Below, in pieces: positions 10,643 through 18,624 of a stretch of DNA of 64,000 nucleotides. How positions within the stretch are numbered: position 1 is the stretch's first letter; the number at the start of each line of letters is the position of its first letter. The DNA comes from Minisyncoccota bacterium (lineage in GTDB: Bacteria > Patescibacteriota > Minisyncoccia > Phycocordibacterales > UBA6065), in the NCBI GenBank assembly GCA_036400935.1, contig DASWWW010000003.1, forward strand, positions 101,083 to 165,082. Direction: 5' to 3'. Position numbers and translations under genes: made by a program. Below the pieces are notes generated by a model, which searched no databases, was not told where the DNA came from, and saw nothing but the letters and a program-made list of their open reading frames with translations.

Positions 10643-12087
10643 CAGAATTGGAAATAGATGAATTGGTGGGCGCCGCCGAAGGATCCTGCGCACACGAGGG
10701 CGATGGCGAATGCGACATAGAGGGCATAGCGGGCAGGGGCAGAAGCCGTGCTCAACCGTGCGTGAACGATGCCTCTCGATCGGAAGAAATCTACCGTCTC
10801 CATAAATATGATGCCGAGGACGCCGATAAGCAGCGCCTGCAGGCCGTAATCCATAGCGAGGACATGCCTCATGGCATCGATCGACGTCAGGCTCGAGAGG
10901 AATTCAGGGATGCCGGTAGGGATGCGGGCAAGTATCGAGACGGCGCCCGATACAGTTTCCGCCCTGAAGAATACCCAGGTGACGCATATGAGGATGAAAG
11001 TGAGCGGTACTGAGAACAAGCTCTTGCCTATGGTAATGCCTCGCTTTGCGAGAGCGTTTTCTATCACTAGGTATACGCCGTTTATGCCTCCCCAGATGAC
11101 GTACGTCCAGTTGGCGCCGTGCCACAGTCCGGACAGGAGGAAGGTCGCGAGAAGGTTTGACCGGGTGCGCGAAGCGGAGCCGCGATTGCCGCCGAGGGGT
11201 ATATACACGTAGTCGCGGAACCAGCTCGAGAGCGAGATATGCCACCTCTTCCAGAATTCGCCGACCGATCCCGAGGCGTACGGCCTATTGAAGTTGAGGA
11301 CGAGCTCGTATCCAAGGATGTTGGCGGCGCCTCGGGCAATATCGGTGTATCCCGAGAAGTCGCAGTATATCTGATAGGCGAAGAGCGCCGCAGCCAGGGC
11401 GAGCGTCGGTCCTGGAAAATCTGCCGGAGTGGCGAAGGCGGCGTTTACGAGAGGCGCAAGATTGTCGGCGATGACGAGTTTTTTGAAGAAGCCCCATGCC
11501 ATGAGATGGGCTCCACGACGCGCGAGTTCAGGATTGAATCGGCGATCCTCGAAGAACTGGGGAAGGAGGGTTTTCGGGCGCTCGATAGGGCCCGCCACGA
11601 GCTGAGGGAAGAATGCTACATAGAGGGCAAACTTTCCGAAATGATTCACTGGCTCGACCCTACGCATATATACGTCGATGGTATAGCTGATGCTTTGGAA
11701 TACGTGGAAGGATATGCCGATAGGAAGCAGGAGGTTAAGGAGCGGCAGGGACGTATCGCTTCCGAATGCGTGAAAGACGGAGCTGATCGAGTCGAATATG
11801 AAATTGAAGTACTTGAATACGAACAGGAGGCCGATGTTTCCGACGAGGCTTACCATGAGCCAGGCCTTTCTCTTGGCGTGGCTGTCGCTCTTGCCGATCA
11901 TCAGTGCGGATACGAAATCGAGGACGGTTATGGCGAGAAGTATGAGGCCGTACTCCGGCTTCCACGACATGTAGAAGAAGTAGCTCGCGGCAAGGAGGAC
12001 GATCCACCTGAATCTGGCGGGCGTGAGGAAATTGGCGATGAGGACCAGGGGAAAGAAGACCAGGAATCGGATGTCGACGAAGCTCAT
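10642..12087 (-). CDS. MBOAT-family membrane-bound O-acyltransferase (AlgI/DltB/PatA-like)
   Basis: Multi-TM protein carrying the MBOAT signature ...FWKRWHISLSSWFRDYVYIPLGGNR... with the conserved His. Confidence 0.85.
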   Translation of the reverse strand: MSFVDIRFLVFFPLVLIANFLTPARFRWIVLLAASYFFYMSWKPEYGLILLAITVLDFVSALMIGKSDSHAKRKAWLMVSLVGNIGLLFVFKYFNFIFDSISSVFHAFGSDTSLPLLNLLLPIGISFHVFQSISYTIDVYMRRVEPVNHFGKFALYVAFFPQLVAGPIERPKTLLPQFFEDRRFNPELARRGAHLMAWGFFKKLVIADNLAPLVNAAFATPADFPGPTLALAAALFAYQIYCDFSGYTDIARGAANILGYELVLNFNRPYASGSVGEFWKRWHISLSSWFRDYVYIPLGGNRGSASRTRSNLLATFLLSGLWHGANWTYVIWGGINGVYLVIENALAKRGITIGKSLFSVPLTFILICVTWVFFRAETVSGAVSILARIPTGIPEFLSSLTSIDAMRHVLAMDYGLQALLIGVLGIIFMETVDFFRSRGIVHARLSTASAPARYALYVAFAIALVCAGSFGGAHQFIYFQF

Positions 12088-12091
12088 ATCT

Positions 12092-12973
12092 TTATTTCTT
12101 TACGGTCGAGCGGATCAGGCAGTAATAGCTGTTGGCTTTCTCGAGCATCATCGAGGCGCCGGGCATGAACTCGTCGAGGTATACCTGATACTCGCGGCCG
12201 TCTCGCTCGAAGGTCGAGAGTATGTCGCCGAGCTTGTTGTCGCTCGTGCCGAGCGAATAGTGATATTCGAGGACGCAGGTCTTTATCTTTCCAAGGACGC
12301 CGGCCTCGCGAAGCTCGCGGAGAACCATCTCCTCGGCGCCTTCTATATCGAGCTTGAGCAGGTCTATCGGTCCCTGCACGTACGGCGAGAGCCTTTTCGT
12401 GGTGACGGTCTCGGCATTCTCCTTGGTCGATTCTCCTTTCTGTATCGTCACGTCGAAGACCGACTCGACGATGGTGCTGCCGTACGATCCTGGCCCGCGA
12501 TTATAGAAGGAGACCTTGCCGTCCTTGTTCGATACGGCATACGGCTCGATCTCGACATCTTTGAGCGAGTTCTTGCTGATATTTTGCTCCAGGATAGGTC
12601 GTACTTCGGCAGAAGGCTCGAATACCCTTATCTTGCACGAAGGGAACATGTGCTTGAAATAGAGGACGGACATGCCGGCGTTTCCGCCGCAGTCGATGAT
12701 GGTCGGCGAGTCGGTGCCCGGCTCGAAATAGTAGGACTGGCGTACGAATACTTGCCTGAACGTCTCGAAGAAGAGATGGTATTCGACGAAAGAGACGGTG
12801 AATCCGAGGAAATGCTCCGTCTTGAAATGCATCCACCTGTTCACGAATGCCTTGAGCCTCATCCTAAGGTAGTCGCAGAGCAGCTTGCTGCGCGCCGGAA
12901 GCTTGTATTCGGGCGAGAGTATATAGGCTATATCGAGGGCGAAAGAAGCTATTCGATAGAAGGAGTATCGCAT
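12092..12973 (-). CDS. FkbM-family methyltransferase
   Basis: IIDCGGNAGMSVLYFKHMFPSCKIRVFEPS, an FkbM-type motif. Confidence 0.7.
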   Translation of the reverse strand: MRYSFYRIASFALDIAYILSPEYKLPARSKLLCDYLRMRLKAFVNRWMHFKTEHFLGFTVSFVEYHLFFETFRQVFVRQSYYFEPGTDSPTIIDCGGNAGMSVLYFKHMFPSCKIRVFEPSAEVRPILEQNISKNSLKDVEIEPYAVSNKDGKVSFYNRGPGSYGSTIVESVFDVTIQKGESTKENAETVTTKRLSPYVQGPIDLLKLDIEGAEEMVLRELREAGVLGKIKTCVLEYHYSLGTSDNKLGDILSTFERDGREYQVYLDEFMPGASMMLEKANSYYCLIRSTVKK

Positions 12974-13009
12974 GAGATTGTGTGTCTGTTGGCACCAATC
13001 CTAGCACGA

Positions 13010-14275
13010 TTAGAGCCTTTTGTAAGCGAAATAATAGACGACGGCCGAAACCGCCTCGGAGGCGACGATCGCTATCGACGCGCCGATGAATCCGTAAGGC
13101 GGGATGAGGATGCCGAGGAGGGCGAGGCGCGAGGCATTCGTCGCTATCGATGTGACGTACTTCTTCTTTACGTCGCCGTGAGCGGTGATGAGCGTTTCGA
13201 CGAGGCCCTTTGCTTGGAAAGGAATGGCTAGGGCGAGTATCTGGCTTGCAAGGACGGAAGCCATGTATTTAGGGAAGAAGATCTTGAATATGAACGGCGC
13301 GGCGATTATATATGCGATACAGGCGGCGGATGATACGAGGACCATCTGCATCGTGCGCAGGCCCATACTTTTCTTTACCTCCTCCATGGTCTTGGTCGCG
13401 TAGCGGGGGAAGATGATAGGGAAGAAATTCTCGGAAAAGTTCTTGATCTCGCGGACGGGCGCCTGGGCGAACGAGTAGATAGCGAGCTGGATCGGCCCGA
13501 CGAAATGCCAGAGTATGAGCTGGTCGGCATAGCTCATTATCTGGATGACGATGCCGAGGATGCTCAGGTGCTTGCCGTACTGGACCGTCTCGCTCACTTT
13601 CGTCTTCGTCTCCTCGTCTATCTCGTGCTCCTGGGCGACCTTGTACTTTCGCAGGGCGACCGCGTACATGAACCACGAGAGGGCGAGATTGGTCGCGAAA
13701 TAAGTGATAAGGATCGTGAATATGTCTGTCTTTACGAGGAGGATTCCGATGAAGGCGAGCACGCTCGCGAGGTTTCCCGGGATGCTGTAGGCGGCCATCG
13801 ACTTGAAATCGCCTTTGCCGACAAAGAGCGACTTCCAGACGACGAAGCTGTTGAAGAAGGGATTCGCGAGGGCGATGAGGAGCAGGCCGAAGCCGAGGGC
13901 GGCATTGCCGTTTAGGTAATAGTAGAGCGAGCCAATCGCCGCAGCACCGGCAGCAGGCAAGCTCCAGAGGATGCTCTTTATGAAGAGCGGCCTGACCACG
14001 TCCTTGTTTCCTTGGGCGACGGCTCGCACTACCGACGTGCCGAGGCTGTTGAGCGAGAAGGCGCCGAATATGCCGACGAGGGCGATGATGTACTTGTAGG
14101 TGCCGTAAACGTTAGGGTCGACCTTGTTCGCGAATACGACCGTGAGGACCATGCCGCTTCCGACGGCGGCTACGCGGGTAGCCGAGAGCCAAAAGTTGCC
14201 GCTCGCGAAGCGGACCATGTCGGTCTTTGCGTATTTCTCCGACCAGCGGAGGATCTGTATGATTTTCTGCTTCAT
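13010..14275 (-). CDS. Polysaccharide biosynthesis protein / oligosaccharide flippase (Wzx, MOP superfamily)
   Basis: About 12 TM helices. Start chosen at MKQKIIQILRWSEKYAKTD (internal to the 452-aa track ORF). Typical Wzx/RfbX architecture. Confidence 0.7.
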   Translation of the reverse strand: MKQKIIQILRWSEKYAKTDMVRFASGNFWLSATRVAAVGSGMVLTVVFANKVDPNVYGTYKYIIALVGIFGAFSLNSLGTSVVRAVAQGNKDVVRPLFIKSILWSLPAAGAAAIGSLYYYLNGNAALGFGLLLIALANPFFNSFVVWKSLFVGKGDFKSMAAYSIPGNLASVLAFIGILLVKTDIFTILITYFATNLALSWFMYAVALRKYKVAQEHEIDEETKTKVSETVQYGKHLSILGIVIQIMSYADQLILWHFVGPIQLAIYSFAQAPVREIKNFSENFFPIIFPRYATKTMEEVKKSMGLRTMQMVLVSSAACIAYIIAAPFIFKIFFPKYMASVLASQILALAIPFQAKGLVETLITAHGDVKKKYVTSIATNASRLALLGILIPPYGFIGASIAIVASEAVSAVVYYFAYKRL

Positions 14276-14368
14276 TTCGGCTAGTGTGTATCGTCGGTCT
14301 ATATAATACACGGCGCGGCGGAAAAGTGTCATATTCGGCGCCGCATCCTGTGCTATAGTTTTACGCAT

Positions 14369-16732
14369 ATGACTTTAAACACATTTTTACGCGGGACGGC
14401 TATCGCTTCGGTATTTGCTGCATTGCTGGCGCCATTCATAGTGCTCGACAACTTCTTTTTCCCATTCATCACGGGAAAGGGCTTCTATTTCAGGATAGTC
14501 GTCGAGATCGGATTCGCGGCGTGGCTTCTGCTCGCGTTCCGCGACGCCTCCTCTAGGCCGCGGCCGTCCCTGATCTTCTGGTCGTTCGTCGCATTCATCG
14601 GCGTGATCGCGCTTGCCGACATCTTCGGCGAGAATCCATGGAAGAGCTTCTGGTCTAACTTCGAGCGCATGGAAGGCTTCATAACCCTCGCGCACCTCTT
14701 CCTCTATTTCGTAATGGCCGGCAGCGTGCTCGCTACGGAAAAGCTCTGGAAGCGCTTTCTTGAGACGTCGGTCGCCTCGGCATTCGTCATGGCCGTCTAC
14801 TCGTTCTTCCAGCTGGCCGGAGCGCTGGTCATAAACCAGGGAGGAGTGCGCGTCGACGGCAAGTTCGGCAATGCGACCTATCTCGCCATCTTCCTCGTCT
14901 TCAATATCTTCTTTGCCCTTATCCTAGCGTTCCGCTCGCGCAATGAGAGGCTCAGCGCGCCCTGCGCTATCGGAATCTATTCCGGCATAGGCGTGATCAT
15001 GTTCTCGATATGGGTGTTTCTGGCGCAGTCCGACGCCTTCTCGAAGGGCATTGCGAATCTCGGCTCGAACGTATTCTGGGTCTATGCGGTGCTGGCATTC
15101 GCCGCGCTCATCACGTGGCTCTCGCAGAAATACAGCGCTTCGATCGCGTACGTGTACACCGTGCCGGTCCTCGGATTCGTTCTCTACTTTACGGCTACCC
15201 GAGGCGCGATCCTCGGCATCATCGGAGGCGTCTTGCTGTCGGCGCTGCTCATCGCCATCTTTGATAGGGGCGAGAGGAGGCTTCGAATCATCGCGGCGTC
15301 CGTCATCGGCCTCGTCTTCGTTGCTATAGGAACTTTCATCGCCATCAAGGATACGCAGTTCGTCGCGCAGAGCCCCGTGCTCGGGCGATTCGTGTCGATC
15401 TCGTGGAGCGAGACCAAGACCCAAGCCCGCGCATATATTTGGCCAATGGCGGTAGAGGGCTGGAAGGAGCGGCCTATACTCGGCTGGGGCCAGGAGAATT
15501 TCAACTACATCTTCAACAAGAATTACGATCCTCGCATGTATTCGCAGGAGCAGTGGTTCGATCATACTCACAACATCGTCCTTGACTGGCTCGTAGCGGG
15601 CGGAATCCTTGGCCTTCTCGCATACCTCTCGATGTTCGCGGCGGCTATCTACCTGCTCTGGAAGAAGGCTACCAGCCTCTCATTTACCGAGAAGGCTCTG
15701 CTCACGGGTCTCGGCGCCGCGTATTTCTTTCACAATCTCTTCGTATTCGACAACCTGATCAGCTATGTGCTGTTCGTGTCGGTGCTCGCGTACATCCATT
15801 TCTCATCTACCCGACTTGAGAAGCCTATGGCGGCGGACGCTGCCGAGGTCGAGGATTCCGAGACCATGGCTGCCGGCGCGCTCATGCTCGTCGTGCTCAT
15901 TTTCGGGATCTATTTCTTCAACTGGCGGGCGATAGCGTCTAATACCAGCCTCATAGACGCGTTGAGGTCCATGTCCGTCTATCCGATCCAGCCTGCTGCG
16001 GTTAACGATTCGTTCGCAAAGGCCCTGTCATACGACACTATGGGCCGCCCTGAGATCGTCGAGAGGCTCATCGAGGCTTCCCGTACTATGAATGCCGCGA
16101 ATATCCCTATGGAGCAGCGCACCAAGTTCTTCGAGCTTTCGAAGAAGGCCGTCGAGGCGCAGATCGAGCGCTATCCGGGAGATGCTCGCTACGAGGTCTT
16201 TGCTGCCAATTTCTACGCCCAGTACGGCGCGGCTGATCAGGCTTTGGCCCATCTCCTGAAGGCGGTCGAGCTCTCGCCGAAAAAGCAGACCATATTGTTC
16301 CAGCTTGGATCGCTGCACGCGGTACAGGGCCGCTACAGTGAGGCCCTGGATGTATTCAAGAGGGCGTACGAGCTCGAGCCGTCGTACGGTCAGGCCCTTC
16401 GCTATTATGTTTCCGCCCTCGTCTACAACGGCAAGGAGGCAGAGGCGCGAGCCCTCATCTCGAAGCTCGGTCTGGATGCCGCCTCGTTCTCCGAGGACTT
16501 CGTGAGCGCGTACGCGCAGGTGGGCCAGTGGGACAAGGCGATTGCCGGACTCAAGGCTCAGATTGCCGCCAATCCGACCAATCCCCAGATCCGCATGAAC
16601 CTGGTCGCCGCATACTTCCAGTCGGGCAACAAGGCGATGGCTATCGCAGCCTTGCGCGAGATGATCGCGCTTGATCCGGCGTTCAAGACCCAAGGCGAGC
16701 AGTATATCCAGCAGATACAGGCAACAAATTAA
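14369..16732 (+). CDS. O-antigen-ligase/polymerase-like (Wzy_C) membrane protein fused to C-terminal TPR repeats
   Basis: N-terminal ~470 aa polytopic membrane domain with a Wzy_C-like loop. C-terminal ~300 aa of TPR repeats (ALAHLLKAVELSPKKQTILFQLGSLHAVQGRYSEALDVFKRAYELEPSY...). Confidence 0.7.
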   Translation: MTLNTFLRGTAIASVFAALLAPFIVLDNFFFPFITGKGFYFRIVVEIGFAAWLLLAFRDASSRPRPSLIFWSFVAFIGVIALADIFGENPWKSFWSNFERMEGFITLAHLFLYFVMAGSVLATEKLWKRFLETSVASAFVMAVYSFFQLAGALVINQGGVRVDGKFGNATYLAIFLVFNIFFALILAFRSRNERLSAPCAIGIYSGIGVIMFSIWVFLAQSDAFSKGIANLGSNVFWVYAVLAFAALITWLSQKYSASIAYVYTVPVLGFVLYFTATRGAILGIIGGVLLSALLIAIFDRGERRLRIIAASVIGLVFVAIGTFIAIKDTQFVAQSPVLGRFVSISWSETKTQARAYIWPMAVEGWKERPILGWGQENFNYIFNKNYDPRMYSQEQWFDHTHNIVLDWLVAGGILGLLAYLSMFAAAIYLLWKKATSLSFTEKALLTGLGAAYFFHNLFVFDNLISYVLFVSVLAYIHFSSTRLEKPMAADAAEVEDSETMAAGALMLVVLIFGIYFFNWRAIASNTSLIDALRSMSVYPIQPAAVNDSFAKALSYDTMGRPEIVERLIEASRTMNAANIPMEQRTKFFELSKKAVEAQIERYPGDARYEVFAANFYAQYGAADQALAHLLKAVELSPKKQTILFQLGSLHAVQGRYSEALDVFKRAYELEPSYGQALRYYVSALVYNGKEAEARALISKLGLDAASFSEDFVSAYAQVGQWDKAIAGLKAQIAANPTNPQIRMNLVAAYFQSGNKAMAIAALREMIALDPAFKTQGEQYIQQIQATN

Positions 16733-17790
16733 TGACGATATCAGAGAATATAAACCTGTCGCAATTCACGACGCTGAAAATCGGCGGGCCGGCTCGCTAT
16801 TTCTGCGCGGTTACGAGCGAGGCTGAGCTGGAGGAGGCTCTGGCTTTTGCGAAATCGAAAAGCGTCAGGATTTTCATCCTTGGCGGCGGCTCTAACGTGC
16901 TCGTCGGCGACCCAGGTTTTAATGGCTTGGTTATAAAGATGGAGATGAAGGGGATTGAATTCGAGAAATCCACCGACGGCAAGAGCGTGCTTGTAACCGT
17001 TGCGGCTGGGGAAGCGTGGGATGATCTCGTCGCCAAGACTGTGGAGAAGGGCGCATGGGGATTGGAAAATCTTTCCCTTATTCCTGGAACGGTGGGGGCC
17101 GCGCCGGTGCAGAATATTGGCGCATATGGCACCGAAGTGATGAACGTGATCGAATCCGTGCGCGCTATCGATACCGAGAGCGGCGCGGCCAGGGTTTTCT
17201 CGAACGCCGAATGCGGATTCACGTATCGCGACAGCATTTTCAAGAGGGCCGAGTATAAAAAATACGTAATCGTGTCCGTCTCGTTCAGCCTTTCGCTCTC
17301 TCCGGCGCCGAACTTTCGATACAAAGACATCAAGGAGTATTTCGCCGCGAAAAAAATAGCCAGCCCGACGCAGCTCGATATCCGAAATGCCGTCATAGAG
17401 GTCCGTACCGCCAAGTTCCCGAATCTGGGCGAGGTGGGCACGGCTGGCTCGTTCTGGAAGAATCCGATCATCCCTCGGGCGCAGTTCGAATCCCTTGCTC
17501 TCCGCTATCCGGGCATCCCGGCTTTCCCTGCAAACGCTCCGGCCGGCTCGCGCGAGGTCGGCGCCGACGAGAGTACGGTAAAGATCCCTTTGGCGTGGGT
17601 GCTTGATAGTGTATGCGGTCTTAAGGGATTTGCTTTGGGCAAAGCATTTCTCTTTTCAAGGCAGCCTCTTGTATTGGTTGCCGAACATTCGGCCACGTCT
17701 ACTGATGTTGACCGACTAGCCGCGCATGTCGCAGATATTGTCCTTAGAAAAACAGGTATTATTATAGAAAAAGAAGTCGGATCGCTTTAA
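16732..17790 (+). CDS. murB: UDP-N-acetylenolpyruvoylglucosamine reductase MurB
   Basis: FTTLKIGGPARYF...ILGGGSNVLV FAD-binding motifs. Start overlaps the upstream stop (TAATG). Confidence 0.85.
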   Translation: MTISENINLSQFTTLKIGGPARYFCAVTSEAELEEALAFAKSKSVRIFILGGGSNVLVGDPGFNGLVIKMEMKGIEFEKSTDGKSVLVTVAAGEAWDDLVAKTVEKGAWGLENLSLIPGTVGAAPVQNIGAYGTEVMNVIESVRAIDTESGAARVFSNAECGFTYRDSIFKRAEYKKYVIVSVSFSLSLSPAPNFRYKDIKEYFAAKKIASPTQLDIRNAVIEVRTAKFPNLGEVGTAGSFWKNPIIPRAQFESLALRYPGIPAFPANAPAGSREVGADESTVKIPLAWVLDSVCGLKGFALGKAFLFSRQPLVLVAEHSATSTDVDRLAAHVADIVLRKTGIIIEKEVGSL

Positions 17791-17808
17791 GGCATCTCTA
17801 AACGTACT

Positions 17809-17838
17809 AAACCGCGCCTTAAAGGACGCGGTTTTTTA
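17809..17838 (+). terminator. Rho-independent terminator after murB
   Basis: AACCGCGCC-tttaaa-GGACGCGGTT followed by TTTTTTA. Confidence 0.6.
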
Positions 17839-17956
17839 GTTTTGCGAAGAATCGCAACACTTCATATATCTTTGCTTACCATGCGCTTACACAATTTTCA
17901 TTCCCACATGAAACAGAATCTCTGACTACTCACTGTTCCTTACTTTCGCTCGCATT

Positions 17957-18409
17957 TTACGCTTTTTCAAGCATTGCGCGGGCTTGCGCTTTGAGCATAT
18001 GAGCGGCCAATGCCGATTGCATATACACGAAGCGACTGTGATCACGGCATCCTTTGAGGGGAATGGGGTCACGGTATTGCGCCATGATGGCTACATGGGA
18101 GAACACTTCCATGCCTGAGAGATCAACTTTCGCGTTACCCATATCCTGTTCCGAGGGCCTATTGCTTGTCTCTGATTCCCATAGGAATGGAATAGAGATA
18201 GCAGTGCTGCCCTTCGGACATCCGCGCCTAACAGGCATGTAGCTGAGGCTCACATGGCAGAAGGGGCCAAAGAACCAATGTTGCTCGACACTGATTTCGC
18301 CTGTGGCCATTTCCAGAGGAAACAGCTTGCGAGCGATATCAGCGAGCAGGCTTACGACGACGTTGCAGGGAAGGATTAATCCTTGTGAGTTAGTGGACGA
18401 GGTGGTCAT
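17957..18409 (-). CDS. Hypothetical protein (150 aa); may be non-coding
   Basis: Only sizeable ORF in the lower-GC 17.85-18.6 kb gap. No recognisable motif and atypical composition. Confidence 0.25.
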   Translation of the reverse strand: MTTSSTNSQGLILPCNVVVSLLADIARKLFPLEMATGEISVEQHWFFGPFCHVSLSYMPVRRGCPKGSTAISIPFLWESETSNRPSEQDMGNAKVDLSGMEVFSHVAIMAQYRDPIPLKGCRDHSRFVYMQSALAAHMLKAQARAMLEKA

Positions 18410-18426
18410 TGTATTTTGTGTGTAGT

Positions 18427-18490
18427 GGAATTACTACATTTAGGCTCCGATAGGGCATAGACCCTGTCAGGGAATAAATGTAGTAATTCC
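18427..18490. repeat. Perfect 16-bp inverted repeat (GGAATTACTACATTTA ... TAAATGTAGTAATTCC) with a 32-nt spacer that itself holds a small hairpin
   Basis: Read directly from the sequence. Lies ~135 nt upstream of secA, in a divergent intergenic region. Confidence 0.6.
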
Positions 18491-18624
18491 GCGCATTTCG
18501 AAGATCTCACTGTACTGGGTATATTATACACCTATTTTATATAAAAGTCAAGTGTTTGGATTGATCCCGTATCCGTCTATATAGGGCTTCAAACCGATGC
18601 GATTACATGCTAATATAGCCCTCT

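Noticed and set aside
11239-13231. + strand ORFs (309 and 402 aa) antisense to the MBOAT, FkbM and flippase genes
   Set aside because: They overlap three recognisable minus-strand genes; their composition is Glu/Arg/Asp-rich and repetitive.
17840-18624. Searched for tmRNA or SRP RNA here (GGUUCGAnUCC T-loop plus CCA end; GGAAGCAG domain IV motif)
   Set aside because: Neither signature is present on either strand.
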